Positions 14,662-27,400 of a stretch of DNA of 64,000 nucleotides are shown here, in pieces. The DNA is from Eledone cirrhosa (lineage: Eukaryota): assembly GCA_964016885.1 (NCBI GenBank), contig OZ024740.1, positions 94,674,001 to 94,738,000 on the forward strand. The letters are read 5' to 3'. The position numbers and the translations under genes are program-made. The stretch's first letter is position 1. Each line of letters opens with the position of its first letter. Below the pieces are notes generated by a model, which saw only the letters and a list, made by a program, of their open reading frames with translations, did no database searches and was not told the origin of the DNA.

Positions 14662-15657
14662 AAAGTTCCAACTTTCTGTCGGACTGTTGGGTGTGTTTTG
14701 GCGGCAGCGCGACCGGCTCCCTGGCGAACGAGCTCACCTGGCGTGCTTGGAAAAATAAATTCCCCTTCTTTCGGTAAATGAAAATACTCGGCGTGGCTTA
14801 GTTCGCCATGGGGCCCGGGGCGCGGCCGGGGTTTTAACCGCCAAATAGTACCTTTAAATTACAGAATAAATCAGAACTATTAGATATATCAACCTGAAAC
14901 TGTTGAACTTTAAATTTTCTAACCTCATTAATATGGAATATTGAATACTAATCTTTTAACTTCATCCTATAAGTCTAAACATTGTAACACACTGACCCCC
15001 AATATATTCACCTCTGCTAATATGCGGGTCCCTGTGAAAATTTTGTCGCGCCACTCCTGGCCCGACTGTGGTGTGACATTAATATCGACCTTCCTTCCTC
15101 TCTCTTTCTATCTTCCTTCTTGTAGCTATAAACAATTACTCTTTTACTTCTCTAAGCAACATTTTAAAGTTCCAACTTTCTGTCGGACTGTTGGGTCGGT
15201 TTTAATGGCGGCGCGACCAGCTCCCTGGCGAACGAGCCCACCTGGAGTGTTTGGAAAAATAAATTTCCCCTTCTTTCAGTAAATGAAAATACTCGGCGTG
15301 GCTTAATTCGCCATGGGGCCCGAGCCGCGGCCGGTGTTTTAACCGCCACATAGTACCCTTAAATTACGGAACAAATCGGAACTATTATATAATAAAAAGT
15401 TAAACTGTTGAACTTCAAATTTTCTAACCTCTTTAATATTGAATATTGATTATTGAAATTCTTTTAACTTCATCCTAGAAGTCTAAACACTGTAACACAC
15501 TGACTCCCAATATATTCACCTCTGCTAAGATGCGGGTCCCTGTGAACATTTTCTCGCGCCACTCCTGGCTTGACTGTGGTCTGACATTAATATCGACCTT
15601 TCTTCCTCTGTCTTTCTATCTTCCTTCTTGTAGCCATCAACCCTTACTTTTCTACTT
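14662..15657. repeat. ~505-bp tandem duplication inside element D
   Basis: aaagttccaactttctgtcggactgttggg at ~14662 and ~15166 with colinear downstream sequence. Confidence 0.85.
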
Positions 15658-16168
15658 CTCTCTTCTCTTCTCTTCCTTCTCTTCTCCCCTCTTCCTGTCT
15701 TCCTCCCGCAGACTTATCTTATCTTCCCCCTCTTGCTTGCCTATATCTGACCGGTAGTAGTTGCCTTTCTTCTTTTAGCTGACATTAACCCTGGCTTCTC
15801 TACTTCTTTCTTCCCCCTTATTCTCTCTCCTTCCTTTCTTTCTTTCTTTTACCTTGTGTCATGAGATCGACGTTAATTTATGCTCCCATCCCTTTCTGTT
15901 TTCGTTTATCTGACCGGTAGTAGCATAATATAAACTTTAGCCACGTCACTCCAGGGCGATCGTCTGAGGTTGAAGGAACAGAATAGCGGTCGCTCTCGGG
16001 TCCCCGATTTTCAGCCCCATGGATTTTATCTATTACATGCACGTATTATATTTCGAATACCTGATGATATCACCGGATTCATACGGAACCCGGTCATTGA
16101 AATGAACATAGTATAATAAACCTTTCAAGGATTTACACAAATCCAGCCTCCTGTCATTTCATTATAAT

Positions 16169-16208
<40 letters not shown>

Positions 16209-16318
16209 TACACATATACATATATACATATACACATATATATATATACACACGTACACACATAAATACATATATACACACATACACACACACATATATA
16301 TATACACACATACACACA

Positions 16319-16376
<58 letters not shown>

Positions 16377-16409
16377 CACACACGGACACACATATATATA
16401 TATATATAT

Positions 16410-17955
16410 ATTGTTATACTTTGGGAGGGTCATGTTGCCAATAAGAAACACATGCACCGGTTGCTTTCACTTCAATTTATTATATATTTATGAATTTATA
16501 AATTTCTGGTTGGTTGGTTGGTTCCACAACCAGATAGTTATTTATATATAGTCATAGTTCTTTCGTCACACACTCTGTGAACTCTTCAGTGACTGGGGAT
16601 TCCTTTCTTTGTTTCTGTGCCTCTCCTTTGTTCTGTCCTACGCCAGTTTGTTTCTCTGTGTGTGTTGTGGGCTCAGTCTGCGTATGCGCCACATCCGGGT
16701 GTCTGTGTGTGTTTATGTTCATTTATTTATTTGTTTATTTACATGTTAATGGTTGGTTGTTTGTTCTATGTGTGTGTGTGTTTTCATTTTGTCCTTAATT
16801 GTAAGTTGTGATGTTGCTCTTCCACTCATATTTTCTATTTAATTTTGGTTGTAATTCTTTTATGTTTATTGCCTCTGTAATTTGTCTAAACATTGCGTCT
16901 TTTCTGTGTGTAGATTCTATTTTTATTTCTATGTTCTCTAATTTACCCTTGTGTTCTATCTTAGCATGTTGGTAGAGTACATATGATTATTTATTATCTT
17001 GAAGGTCTCGCCAGTGTTCATTTATCCGTTCCCCTACACTACGAGCTCTCTGACTTATGTACACTATATTTTTGTCTCTACATTGTCCTTCAGTACATCT
17101 TATGCTATACACTACATTTCTAGTTTTACAGTTAATATGGGGGTTTATTTTACAGGTTATACATGACTTATCTATACATGAGGGTCTTTGAAAAGGGTAT
17201 GTCTTGCTAATAAGTGTTTTTACGGAGGTACCTGGTCTTTCTACTATCTTAATATTAAGTTTATGTTTATTTTGGGCCCTTCTAAATTTGTAAGCTAATT
17301 CACCTCTAGGGGTGGTATTGATGAACATTACACTCAGGTATTTATTGCTATCATACCATGAGTTTATTCTATTAGCCTTGTTCCTAGTTCTTTCTATTAT
17401 ATTCCAAAATTTGCTCCTATGCAAGGGGCAGGTCCCATTTATGTCATTATTTACCATTTTTCCCGATTTGGTTCTGGCTCCTCTATACACTCTGATTTTA
17501 TCTCTCTGATTGTAGCCAGAGAACTGGATACGGTGGATGAAGTGTTGTATGTGTCTCTCTAGTTCTTCAAAGTTGCACATGCGGGACACATTTCTCATCA
17601 CCCGTACCAAATCCGCAATCAGTTTGTTGATTTTGGTATGGTCCGAAATGGCCGAGTTCCGGTGGATCAGATATTTGGAAGTCATGGGTTTGGCATAATG
17701 GGAATGGAGGATTTGTTTTTTGTTGTTAATGGTATCTAACCAGAGCTCTGTGTCTAGTACAGGTAATCGATGGTTGGGGTGTTTACTTGGGTAGTCTATA
17801 GTAACTCTAATGCTCTGGTGGATGGAGTTTGCTATTTGCTGGATGATTTCCATTGTGTTTTTCTCTAGCTCCTGACTGTTCTCTAGTGGGGGTGTCTTAA
17901 CTACGATGTTTATATCATCTACGTAGCTGGAGTACATTATCAGGATTAAGGGGTC
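16410..17955 (-). mobile_element. 5'-truncated PLE family A2 (RT thumb + GIY-YIG + pLTR)
   Basis: ORF 16987-17937: YSSYVDD, LPVLD, YAKPM, CITCK, CKTRNVVYSIRC; premature stop in EN; 3' end at (TA)n. Confidence 0.92.
16550..16594 (-). ncRNA. Type I hammerhead ribozyme (family A2 pLTR)
   Basis: Reverse strand agtca-CTGAAGA-gttcaca(gagtg)tgtgac-GAAA-gaac-TA-tgact. Confidence 0.8.
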
Positions 17956-17960
17956 TTCTA

Positions 17961-18458
17961 ATTGTTCTTATAGCTACCACCCGGACTTCTGCACTGCATT
18001 ATAACCAGCAGACTAACACACAGGTTAATTGTAACTGTAGAGCTAATAGAACCTGCCCTTTAGATAAAAAATGCCTAACCAAGGATATCATATATTCATG
18101 CACCGTAACAACTAGCAACTCGTCAGAAACCTATGTAGGCTCCACTTCTAACTGCTTCAAAATCAGATATAATTCGTACATCCACTCGTTCAAAAAGCAC
18201 AGTCTAGCCAACTCCACCTCACTATCTAGCTACATACACTATCTAAAAACTAAAAATAAACCTTACACACTCAAATGGGAAGTGATAGGTAGCGCGACTT
18301 CGTACAAACCACCTAATAAATGTTGTAACCTCTGCATACTAGAGACCCACAATATTATCTTCTCTGACCGTAACCTACTTAACAAAAAATCTGAACTGTT
18401 TGCAAGTTGCCAGCACCGCTTCAGACATTCCTTCCAAAACTCTAAGACCAATATATAG
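17961..18458 (+). pseudogene. GIY-YIG endonuclease domain of a Naiad-like PLE (no ATG; absent from ORF track)
   Basis: Hand translation: NCNCRANRTCPLDKKCLTKDIIYSCTV..TYVGSTSNCFKIRY..TSLSSYIHYLK..LKWEVI..CNLCILE..LLNKKSELFASCQH. Confidence 0.85.
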
Positions 18459-19975
18459 CAATGTCGGACTTGAACCAAACACCACATCTAGCAACAAACA
18501 CTAGGGCACACCTTATACCACATACCCAACACTCATTGATCTAATATAACACAATTCGCGACATCCCTCTAGAACCCTTCATAGGGGGAATACCCCTTTG
18601 TACATCTACTTTAGGTGTGACAACATCCACTTGCTTGAACTACACTAAACCACTTTATAGTTAATTTAAGCATTGAATTGATTGTCTTGTTGGTGCTGTG
18701 CGGAGGAAGTGCCATCTTTGGACAAATGAAAAACGAATTAATCTAGTAACGCTGATTACCTGTATGACCGGTACGCTGAGTGCTGTGAATGAATGTATTG
18801 CAAGTGGCGTATGGGTTGTACATATATGTATGATTTGATGGTCAGATTGGAGTCATGGGGACTGTGGTTTGACCTCTGGTCGGCCCTGGTGATGATTATC
18901 TTTCGACATCCAATGTAGCAAGCACTGACCCAGAACTTACCAGAGATCATTGTGTGTTGAAGTGATTCTGCAATCATCTTGCCTGGTTCTTTGAGTAGAC
19001 TGCAATCACAGAGATCATTAATTCAGAATTCTCGCTCGTCGTGTATAATCATCATTTGTGGCACTCTGCGATGGGGGTTAATCACCATAATAAGAACACC
19101 TTCAGCACAACTTAATAGACTACTCTATAGTTAAAACACTTTAAATTTTTAGAATTTTTTTGGAAACTGCGCATAACCATATAAGTTAGGGTCTATTTTA
19201 AGACACAATTTAATAGTTAGTAATAGAAACCACTGAGTTACCTCCCTTCATCCATTAACTCCCCTTAGCCACACACACACTTCCGGGTAGTATTTCGATG
19301 TCGATTCTCGCAACGTAGCATCCTCCTGTATTGAGCTAAAGAACATCAGACTACGATTCTCTAACTGGATTGTCAAACGCCCAATATCGAATCGTCCTGG
19401 ATTATGTGAGGGGCATATAATCTGAAAAATACGCTCCTCAGACTACGAAAATCTCGGAGTGCATGAAATCCATATCATCGCTTCGCTACGCATTTCCAAT
19501 ATTTTTAATGCTTACACTATTTTTAATACTTATATTATTTCTCCACACACAGACTATAACAATCATATAAAGAATTCATCAACAGATCAACCACCTTAAC
19601 ACTCTCGATTACCTGCTTAAGTGCTTCTATTACATGTAACTCTCTGCCACACTATATAAACAAGACGCACGTGCTTGCCACACATATAACCTTTACAATA
19701 TATAACCGCTTAATTTCATGTTGTATTTTAACCTGTATTTTTGATTGTATCTTTTAATTTGAATGTAATCTCGAAGTGTGTACTGCCACTCTAAATGCTA
19801 TAATGAATGTTGACCCACAATATTTGCATATGTATTTGTATGTCGCTTGGGTGAAAAGGAGGTCATATAAGTGTTCATTCAATAATAAATTGCTCCAAAG
19901 AATCCAAACCTCGGTTTGGAGGAAACAGTTGTAAGCATAAACATGTTTTGAACAGTTTTTTGATTCTTATAATTC

Positions 19976-19976
<1 letters not shown>
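17961..19976 (+). mobile_element. 5'-truncated Naiad-like PLE with long 3' region
   Basis: EN domain followed by ~1.5 kb non-coding DNA ending in degenerate HHR (19891-19937: tgct-ccaaaga-a-tccaaacc/ggtttgga-g-GAAA-cagttg-TA-agca) then (TA)n; continuity of the middle is inferred. Confidence 0.6.
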
Positions 19977-20006
<30 letters not shown>

Positions 20007-20039
20007 CACACATACGTATATATATATATATATATACAT

Positions 20040-20153
<114 letters not shown>

Positions 20154-20189
20154 GTATATATATATATATATATAGTTTTAATATAGATG

Positions 20190-20240
20190 AGATTCTACAG
20201 GACTAGAACTGTTTCATTCATTACAAATCATCAGGAATTT
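20190..20240 (-). ncRNA. Type I hammerhead ribozyme (family C, left arm)
   Basis: Reverse complement of 20415-20465 with few substitutions. Confidence 0.75.
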
Positions 20241-20414
20241 GGGTATCAAAAAATAAATATGGTATTTATAGGTCTCTACAAGTGGTAGGAGAGGGTGGGG
20301 AGTGGGATGGGTGCAGGTCATTTCTATCAACCAATGACCTGCACCCATCCCACTTCCCACCCTCTCCTACCACTTGTAGAGACCTATAAATACCATATTT
20401 ATTTGTTGATACCC

Positions 20415-20465
20415 AGATTCCTGATGATTTCTAATGAATGAAACAGTTCTAGTCCTGTAGAATCT
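20415..20465 (+). ncRNA. Type I hammerhead ribozyme (family C, right arm)
   Basis: agattc-CTGATGA-tttc(taat)gaat-GAAA-cag(ttctagtc)ctg-TA-gaatct. Confidence 0.85.
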
Positions 20466-20724
20466 CATCTATATTAAAACTGTTATACTCTGCTATGTAT
20501 TGAGTACCTTACTTACTGTGGTTACCTCCGATTCAACCCGGAATAACGTATATATATATATATATATATACACATACACACACACACACACATACACACA
20601 TACACACATATATAAATAATTAAATACACACACAGAGAGAACCACACAAACACCTACGCACAAATATAATAACACACACACACCTACACACATATCTATA
20701 CACACATATATACACACATACACA

Positions 20725-20755
<31 letters not shown>

Positions 20756-20919
20756 CATATATATAGTTTTGCGAGGTTTTTTATATGAAATCGTGTGTCG
20801 AAACAGATATTGTTATACTTGGGGAGGGTCATATTTGCGTAATATTGCCAGAATTAATAACAGAACACACTCACTGTTTGGTTGGTTTTCGCTTCTCGCT
20901 GTCTTTTATTATATCTGCG

Positions 20920-21117
20920 GTGATTATTATAAAGGCGGTGGATTGGCAGTATCGGTGGAGGGTCGGACACCATGCTTTCCAGCGTAGTTACGTCCCTTTA
21001 CGATCTGAGTTCAAATCCCGCCGAGGTTGACTTTGCCTTTCATCCTTACGGGGTCGATAAAATAAAGTACCAGTAATGCACTGGGTAATTGCTCGCCTTG
21101 TGCCTAAAGTAGAAACA
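20920..21117 (+). mobile_element. tRNA-type SINE inserted in family A pLTR
   Basis: B-box gagttcaaatccc; 12-bp TSD attatatctgcg (20908-20919, 21118-21129); absent from the other arm (28525-28540). Confidence 0.92.
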
Positions 21118-21556
21118 ATTATATCTGCGATCTAACTTACTCGGTCCTCAATGTTGCCATTGACTGACCGGCGGTCAAAAATAATACAGATACAATATAG
21201 ACACAAACACATATATATATATATAGTTTACATAATTTACATAAATCTTTCGTTGCACATCTGCAACATCGTCAGTGGTGTTATATTCATTGTTCCTCGT
21301 GTTGTGTTGTATGCCTACGCCATTTTTTATTCAGTCTGTCTATATATTTATTTATTTATTTGCTTGTTTGTTTATCTTATTTTATTTTGTCTTCTTTGCG
21401 CATGCGTTTGCGTGTGTGTATAGTGTTATGTATGATGTGTGACTAGTGTGTATAGTGTTGTGTCTGCTGGGTGACTAGTGTGTGTTTATGTGCTTGTTGT
21501 TATTGTGCTTGTGTATGTATTTATTTATCTTATTTTATTTAATTTTATTTACTTAT

Positions 21557-23785
21557 TTATACTTCTCTTAGGTCAGTGTTGTTTGTTTGGGTGTTGTTGT
21601 TGTTCCACTCATTCTTTCTGTTTAGCTTTGGTCTTCTAATTTCTATTTCACTGGCCTCTCTGATTTGCCTATCTGCTGGGTCATTCCTATGTTTAGATAT
21701 TATTCTAATTTCTATGTTGTCTATGTTACCGTCATGTTGTTGTCTAGCATGTTCGTATAGTACTGACCCGTTTTTTCGTCCTTTTAGTTCCCCCCAGTGT
21801 TGGTCTATCCTTTCACCTATGCTACGAGCTGTCTCACCTATGTATGTTGTTGTCATGTTTCTGCAAGTACCCTCTGTACATCTTATGCTATAGACTACGT
21901 TTCTAGTTTTACAGTTTATCCGGGGGTTCACCTTACATATGATACACTTCCTATTGGTATAGTGGGTTTTCTTAAAGGGGTAGGTTTTGCTGATCAGGGA
22001 TTTTATGGTGGTTCCTGGCTTTTCTACCACCTTTATTTTTAAGTGGGTCTTTCTCAGGGCCTTTCTACACTGGTTAGCTAATTTCCCTCCAGGGGTGGCG
22101 TCCACAAACATGACACTCTGATATTTCTGGTTGTCGTACCATGATGTGGCCTTCCCTATCTTATGTCTAGCCCTATCTAAGCTATTCCATGATTTGCTCC
22201 TGTATAGTGGGCAGATTCCTTTCATGTCCAGTTCTATGAGGATCTTATACTTTTCCATGGCTCCTTCGTATACTCTGACTCTGTCTCTTTGGTTGTAGCC
22301 AGAGAACTGCATGCGGTTGATGAAGTGTTGGATGTGTCCTTCCATTTCTGTTGGGTCGCACATGCTGGACACATTCTTCATCACTCGTACCAAATCTGCG
22401 ATCAGAATATTAAACTTAGCACTACTGGACATTGCTGAGTTTTTGAGTATCAGGTATTTGGAGGCCATGGGTTTAGCATAGTGTGAGTGGAGAATTTGGG
22501 CTCTCTCGTCTATAGTGTTAATCCAGAGTTCTGTGTCTAATACAGGTAGTCTATTGTTAGGGTGTTTGGAAGGGAAGTCTATAGTTACAGTTATACTCTG
22601 GTGTATGGAATTAGCTATCTGCTGGATGCTTTCCATCGTGCTACGTTCTAAATCGAACTTGTTAGTGCTCTCTAGTGGGGGTGTTCTTATAACTATATTG
22701 ATATCATCTACATAACGAGAGTACATGATGAGGTCTATGGAGCTTTCATTAAGGAGATTTTTAAGTCTCCTTTCAAACCATACCATGAAAAGGTTGGCAA
22801 CATCACCAGCTATGCTGACGCCGATGGCTGCTCCCTCATTTTGGGTGTAGATTTTCTCATTGAACTTAAATATGTGGCCCTTTAGGGTAGTTTTGATACT
22901 AGCCCCTATTGCATGAGCGACCATTTTTCTTACCTGATCAGTGTTTTGGGGGGTCCGTATGGCTTTGGTCCACCCAATCCACCTTCCTATGGGAGTCTTT
23001 TTAGCCATTGAGGTTATGGTGGCGGGTCTACCTCTTATAGGTCTACTAGGGCAGAAACATCTAAGGTCATGGCTGTCTAGGTAGTCAGTGTCGTAGGTAA
23101 GTCTAAGTAGGAGGCCCAGTTCGTCTGTGTCGACGTCGCAGAACTCCACCTCACTCTCAATGATCATCTCCACACATCTTTTCACAGGAAAATCAATGTT
23201 AATGGATGGGTACAGTGACACTACATCCATGCTGCCTAGTATACAGTTGGATAGGCTCCTGTTTTTGTTGCACTCACTGATTCTGCTGAGGAGGTCCTCT
23301 GTACTTTCACATACATCTAGGGACATCTTGATTATGGGGCGTATAACCATTGAGAGGAAGTAGGAGATCCTGTAGTTGCTAGCTATATTAGCTCCGCATA
23401 CGGGTCTTGTTGGTGGTCCTGTTGACGGGTCGTCGACTGCCTTGTGGTCTTTGCGGAGCCCATACAAGGGTGGTATGCCATTGTTAGACGCCTGGAAGTT
23501 GTTGGCAGAGCGTCTGCTTGGCTTTAGGATGTCAGTCCACATCATCAAGTGAGCGTTGAGGATTTTTTCTCTCCCATCGTGTGTTATTTGTGCAACTTCG
23601 CTCGTGTTGGTGATGTGGGGTTGCATTGCCTCGATGTAGTTCGGCATGCTATCTATTGACATCCTACCAGACTTATCTGTGGGTAGACACACTACCTCAC
23701 CATCCCTTGTGCGCTGCTTGAGGCTAACCAAGCCTTCTACAGGTTTTCTCCCAAGTTGTTGGGCCTCTGGTCTGCTCTGTCTCAT
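21557..23785 (-). CDS. PLE reverse transcriptase + GIY-YIG endonuclease (C-terminal 742 aa)
   Basis: TDKSG, YGLRKDHK, RPVCG, SMDVVSLYPSI, EGAAIG, YSRYVDD, LPVLD; EN CKTRNVVYSIRC..YIGETARS..ERIDQH..EASEI..LN. Confidence 0.93.
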   Translation of the reverse strand: MRQSRPEAQQLGRKPVEGLVSLKQRTRDGEVVCLPTDKSGRMSIDSMPNYIEAMQPHITNTSEVAQITHDGREKILNAHLMMWTDILKPSRRSANNFQASNNGIPPLYGLRKDHKAVDDPSTGPPTRPVCGANIASNYRISYFLSMVIRPIIKMSLDVCESTEDLLSRISECNKNRSLSNCILGSMDVVSLYPSINIDFPVKRCVEMIIESEVEFCDVDTDELGLLLRLTYDTDYLDSHDLRCFCPSRPIRGRPATITSMAKKTPIGRWIGWTKAIRTPQNTDQVRKMVAHAIGASIKTTLKGHIFKFNEKIYTQNEGAAIGVSIAGDVANLFMVWFERRLKNLLNESSIDLIMYSRYVDDINIVIRTPPLESTNKFDLERSTMESIQQIANSIHQSITVTIDFPSKHPNNRLPVLDTELWINTIDERAQILHSHYAKPMASKYLILKNSAMSSSAKFNILIADLVRVMKNVSSMCDPTEMEGHIQHFINRMQFSGYNQRDRVRVYEGAMEKYKILIELDMKGICPLYRSKSWNSLDRARHKIGKATSWYDNQKYQSVMFVDATPGGKLANQCRKALRKTHLKIKVVEKPGTTIKSLISKTYPFKKTHYTNRKCIICKVNPRINCKTRNVVYSIRCTEGTCRNMTTTYIGETARSIGERIDQHWGELKGRKNGSVLYEHARQQHDGNIDNIEIRIISKHRNDPADRQIREASEIEIRRPKLNRKNEWNNNNTQTNNTDLREV

Positions 23786-24424
23786 AGTGTACCTGTCTAC
23801 TACCTGTCTAATCTTATTTCTAGCTATGGTGAACTATGCCTCCGTCTCGTCATCTATTTGCTGTGGTATGCAAACTCTTTTATTAAAGGGTAACCTCGTA
23901 GGATAGATATTACCCATCTTATATGTTTTGTCAGCTGGGTTGAAAAATAGTTTCTCTAAGGGGTTGGCGTTATTTCTATCGTCATAGTTGTGTGTGTTGC
24001 TATTATTGTTATCATGGTGGTTGTTGTTGTTTCTATCATTAGCATTATTATTATTATTGTTATGATTGCTAGATGTATTGTTGTTTACTTCACCGTTATT
24101 CTTGTTGTTGTTACTGCTAATTCTACCATTGCGGTTGTTACTATTATTATGTTTCTTGTTTTTGTTGATGTTGCTACATGTACTATTTTCATTATTACCA
24201 CTGTGGTTATTGTTGTTGTTGTTCGTATTGTTACCGTTATTACTACTGTGGTCACTGTTGCTGTGTCTGCGGTTAACGTTTCTATTATTATTATTATTGT
24301 GGTTGTTGTTGTTCCGTCTATCGCTAGTATTATTGCCATTATCATTATTTCTCACTTTCCTGCCATTGTTATGTTTATGGCTGTTATTTCTATACCCAGA
24401 GTTATTGTTTATATTATTATTATT

Positions 24425-27400
24425 ATTATAAAAACTACAATAACAACAGAACAAATCCGCTTCTTAACACACTGTGTTTCCTCCAAAACATACACAACAA
24501 ACATATCAAAACAAGTAAATTATTTATTATTGAACAAAACACAAGCCGAACGGCTAAAACACACAATAACAGTTAATATGAAAAGAACAACATACACAAA
24601 AGTCAACGCACTCTACAGACAAAAACGCATCAACGGTAAGGAAATCCTAAATGTCATCACAGCAAACGAGAGAGACGACTTCATGAGCGTCATTCGACGC
24701 GAAAAGAAATATGCTCAAAACGAATGCTGTAGGCATTTCAAGAAGAAATTAGAACGGATGAATAAGAAAAAACTACAAGAAAGGAAAATCGAATATTCTC
24801 AAAAATACCCAGATAACATCGACAATATCCGTATGAGTGATGTAAAACTACCGGAAGAATTTACCAATGACCACACAGTAAATATCTATGGGAACACTTT
24901 AATCAGCGAACAAGAACAACAAATCCTAAGGTTACCACCAAAATTTGCCATCTACAAAAAGATTAACCCTATGGAATGCAAAACGGAGCTGGAAAAGTGT
25001 TTCACAAAAATACGTTGGAATGCAAAGGTAAACAACAACAACAATAATAACGGTAGTAATAATATAAACAATAACTCTGGGTATAGAAATAACAGCCATA
25101 ATCATAACAATGGCAGGAAAGTGAGACATAGTGATAATGGCAATAATACTAGCGATAGACGGAACAACAACAACCACAATAATAATTGTTTCTACTTTAG
25201 GCACAAGGCCAGCAATCACCCAGTGCATTACTGGTACTTTATTTTATCGACCCCGTAAGGATGAAAGGCAAAGTCAACCTCGGCGGGATTTGAACTCAGA
25301 TCGTAAAGGGACGTAACTATGCTGAAAGCATGGCGTCCGACCCTCTACCGATACTGCCAATCCACCATAATAATAATAGAAACGTTAACCACAGACACAG
25401 CAACAGTGACCACAGTAGTAATAACGGTAACAATACGAACAACAACAACAATAACCACAGTGGTAATAATGAAAATAGTACATGTAGCAACATCAACAAA
25501 AACAAGAAACATAATAATAGTAACAACCACAATGGTAGAAATAGCAGTAACAACAATAAGAATAACGGTGAAGTAAACAACAATACATCTAGCAATCATA
25601 ACAATAATAATAATAATGCTAATGATAGAAACAACAACAACCACCATGATAACAATAATAGCAACACACACAACTATGACGATAGAAATAACGCCAAACC
25701 CTTAGAGAAACTATTTTTCAACCCAGCTGACAAAACATATAAGATGGGTAATATCTATCCTACGAGGTTACCCTTTAATAAAAGAGTTTGCATACCACAG
25801 CAAATAGATGACGAGACGGAGGCATAGTTCACCATAGCTAGAAATAAGATTAGACAGGTAGTAGACAGGTACACTATGAGACAGAGCAGACCAGAGGCCC
25901 AACAACTTGGGAGAAAACCTGTAGAAGGCTTGGTTAGCCTCAAGCAGCGCACAAGGGATGGTGAGGTAGTGTGTCTACCCACAGATAAGTCTGGTAGGAT
26001 GTCAATAGATAGCATGCCGAATTACATCGAGGCAATGCAACCCCACATCACCAACACGAGCGAAGTTGCACAAATAACACACGATGGGAGAGAAAAAATC
26101 CTCAACGCTCACATGATGATGTGGACTGACATCCTAAAGCCAAGCAGACGCACTGCCAACAACTTCCAGGCGTCTAACAATGGCATACCACCCTTGTATG
26201 GGCTCCGCAAAGACCACAAGACAGTCGACGACCCGACAACAGGACCACCAACAAGACCCGTATGCGGAGCTAATATAGCTAGCAACTACAGGATCTCCTA
26301 CTTCCTCTCAATGGTTATACGCCCCATAATAAAGATGTCCCCAGATGTATGTGAAAGTACAGAGGACCTCCTCAGCAGAATCAGTGAGTGCAACAAAAAC
26401 AGGAGCCTATCCAACTGCATACTAGGCAGCATGGATGTAGTGTCACTGTACCCATCCATTAACATTGATTTTGCTGTGAAAAGATGTGTGGAGAGGATCA
26501 TTGAGAGTGAGGTGGAGTTCTGCGACGTCGACACAGACGAACTGGGCCTCCTACTTAGACTTACCTACGACACTGACTACCTAGACAGCCATGACCTTAG
26601 ATGTTTCTTCCCTAGTAGACCTATAAGAGGTAGACCCCCCACCATAACCTCAATGGCTAAAAAGACTCCCATAGGAAGGTGGATTGGGTGGACCAAAGCC
26701 ATACGGACCCCCCAAAACACTGATCAGGTAAGAAAAATGGTCGCACATGCAATAGGGGCTAGTATCAAAACTACCCTAAATGGCCACATATTTAAGTTCA
26801 ATGAGAAAATCTACACCCAAAATGAGGGAGCAGCCATCGGCGTCAGCATAGCTGGTGATGTTGCCAACCTTTTCATGGTATGGTGGGAAAGGAGACTTAA
26901 AGATCTCCTTAATGAAAGCTCCATAGACCTCATCATGTACTCTCGTTATGTAGATGATATCAATATAGTTATAAGAACACCCCCACTAGAGAGCACTAAC
27001 AAGTTCGATTTAGAACGTAGCACGATGGAAAGCATTAAGCAGATAGCTTATTCCATACACCAGAGTATAACTGTAACTATAGACTTCCCTTCCAAACACC
27101 CTAACAATAGACTACCTGTATTAGACACATAACTCTGGAATAACACTATAGACGAGAGAGCCCAAATTCTCCACTCACACTATGCTAAACCCATGGCCTC
27201 CAAATACCTGATACTCAAAAACTCAGCAATGTCCAGTAGTGCTAAGTTTAATATTCTGATCGCAGATTTGGTACGAGTGATGAAGAATGTGTCCAGCATG
27301 TGCGACCCAACAGAAATGGAAGGACACATCCAACACTTCATCAACCGCATGCAGTTCTCTGGTTACAACCAAAGAGACAGAGTCAGAGTATACGAAGGAG

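Larger units (their letters stand above)
12573..16168 (+). mobile_element. Non-coding PLE-like element D with ~590-bp direct repeats and an inverted 5' piece
   Basis: 12668-13259 repeated at 15568-16165; 12573-12668 is the reverse complement of 13311-13406; degenerate HHR ctgatga..ggaacccggtc at ~13145-13192 and ~16054-16101; (TA)n both sides; no RT ORF. Confidence 0.75.
20176..20549. mobile_element. Fold-back insertion of family C pLTR in (TA)n
   Basis: Arms ~20176-20322 and 20333-20480, 10-nt spacer, extra ~70-bp tail on right; HHR on each strand. Confidence 0.9.
20766..24429 (-). mobile_element. PLE family A, inverted arm
   Basis: Near-identical reverse complement of 25055-28631; tail runs into putative ORF start [22 protein letters not shown] then (TA)n. 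Confidence 0.95.

Noticed and set aside
23990-24430. Hydrophobic V/I/L-rich ORF segments looking like membrane proteins
   Set aside because: Antisense reading of the Asn-rich tract
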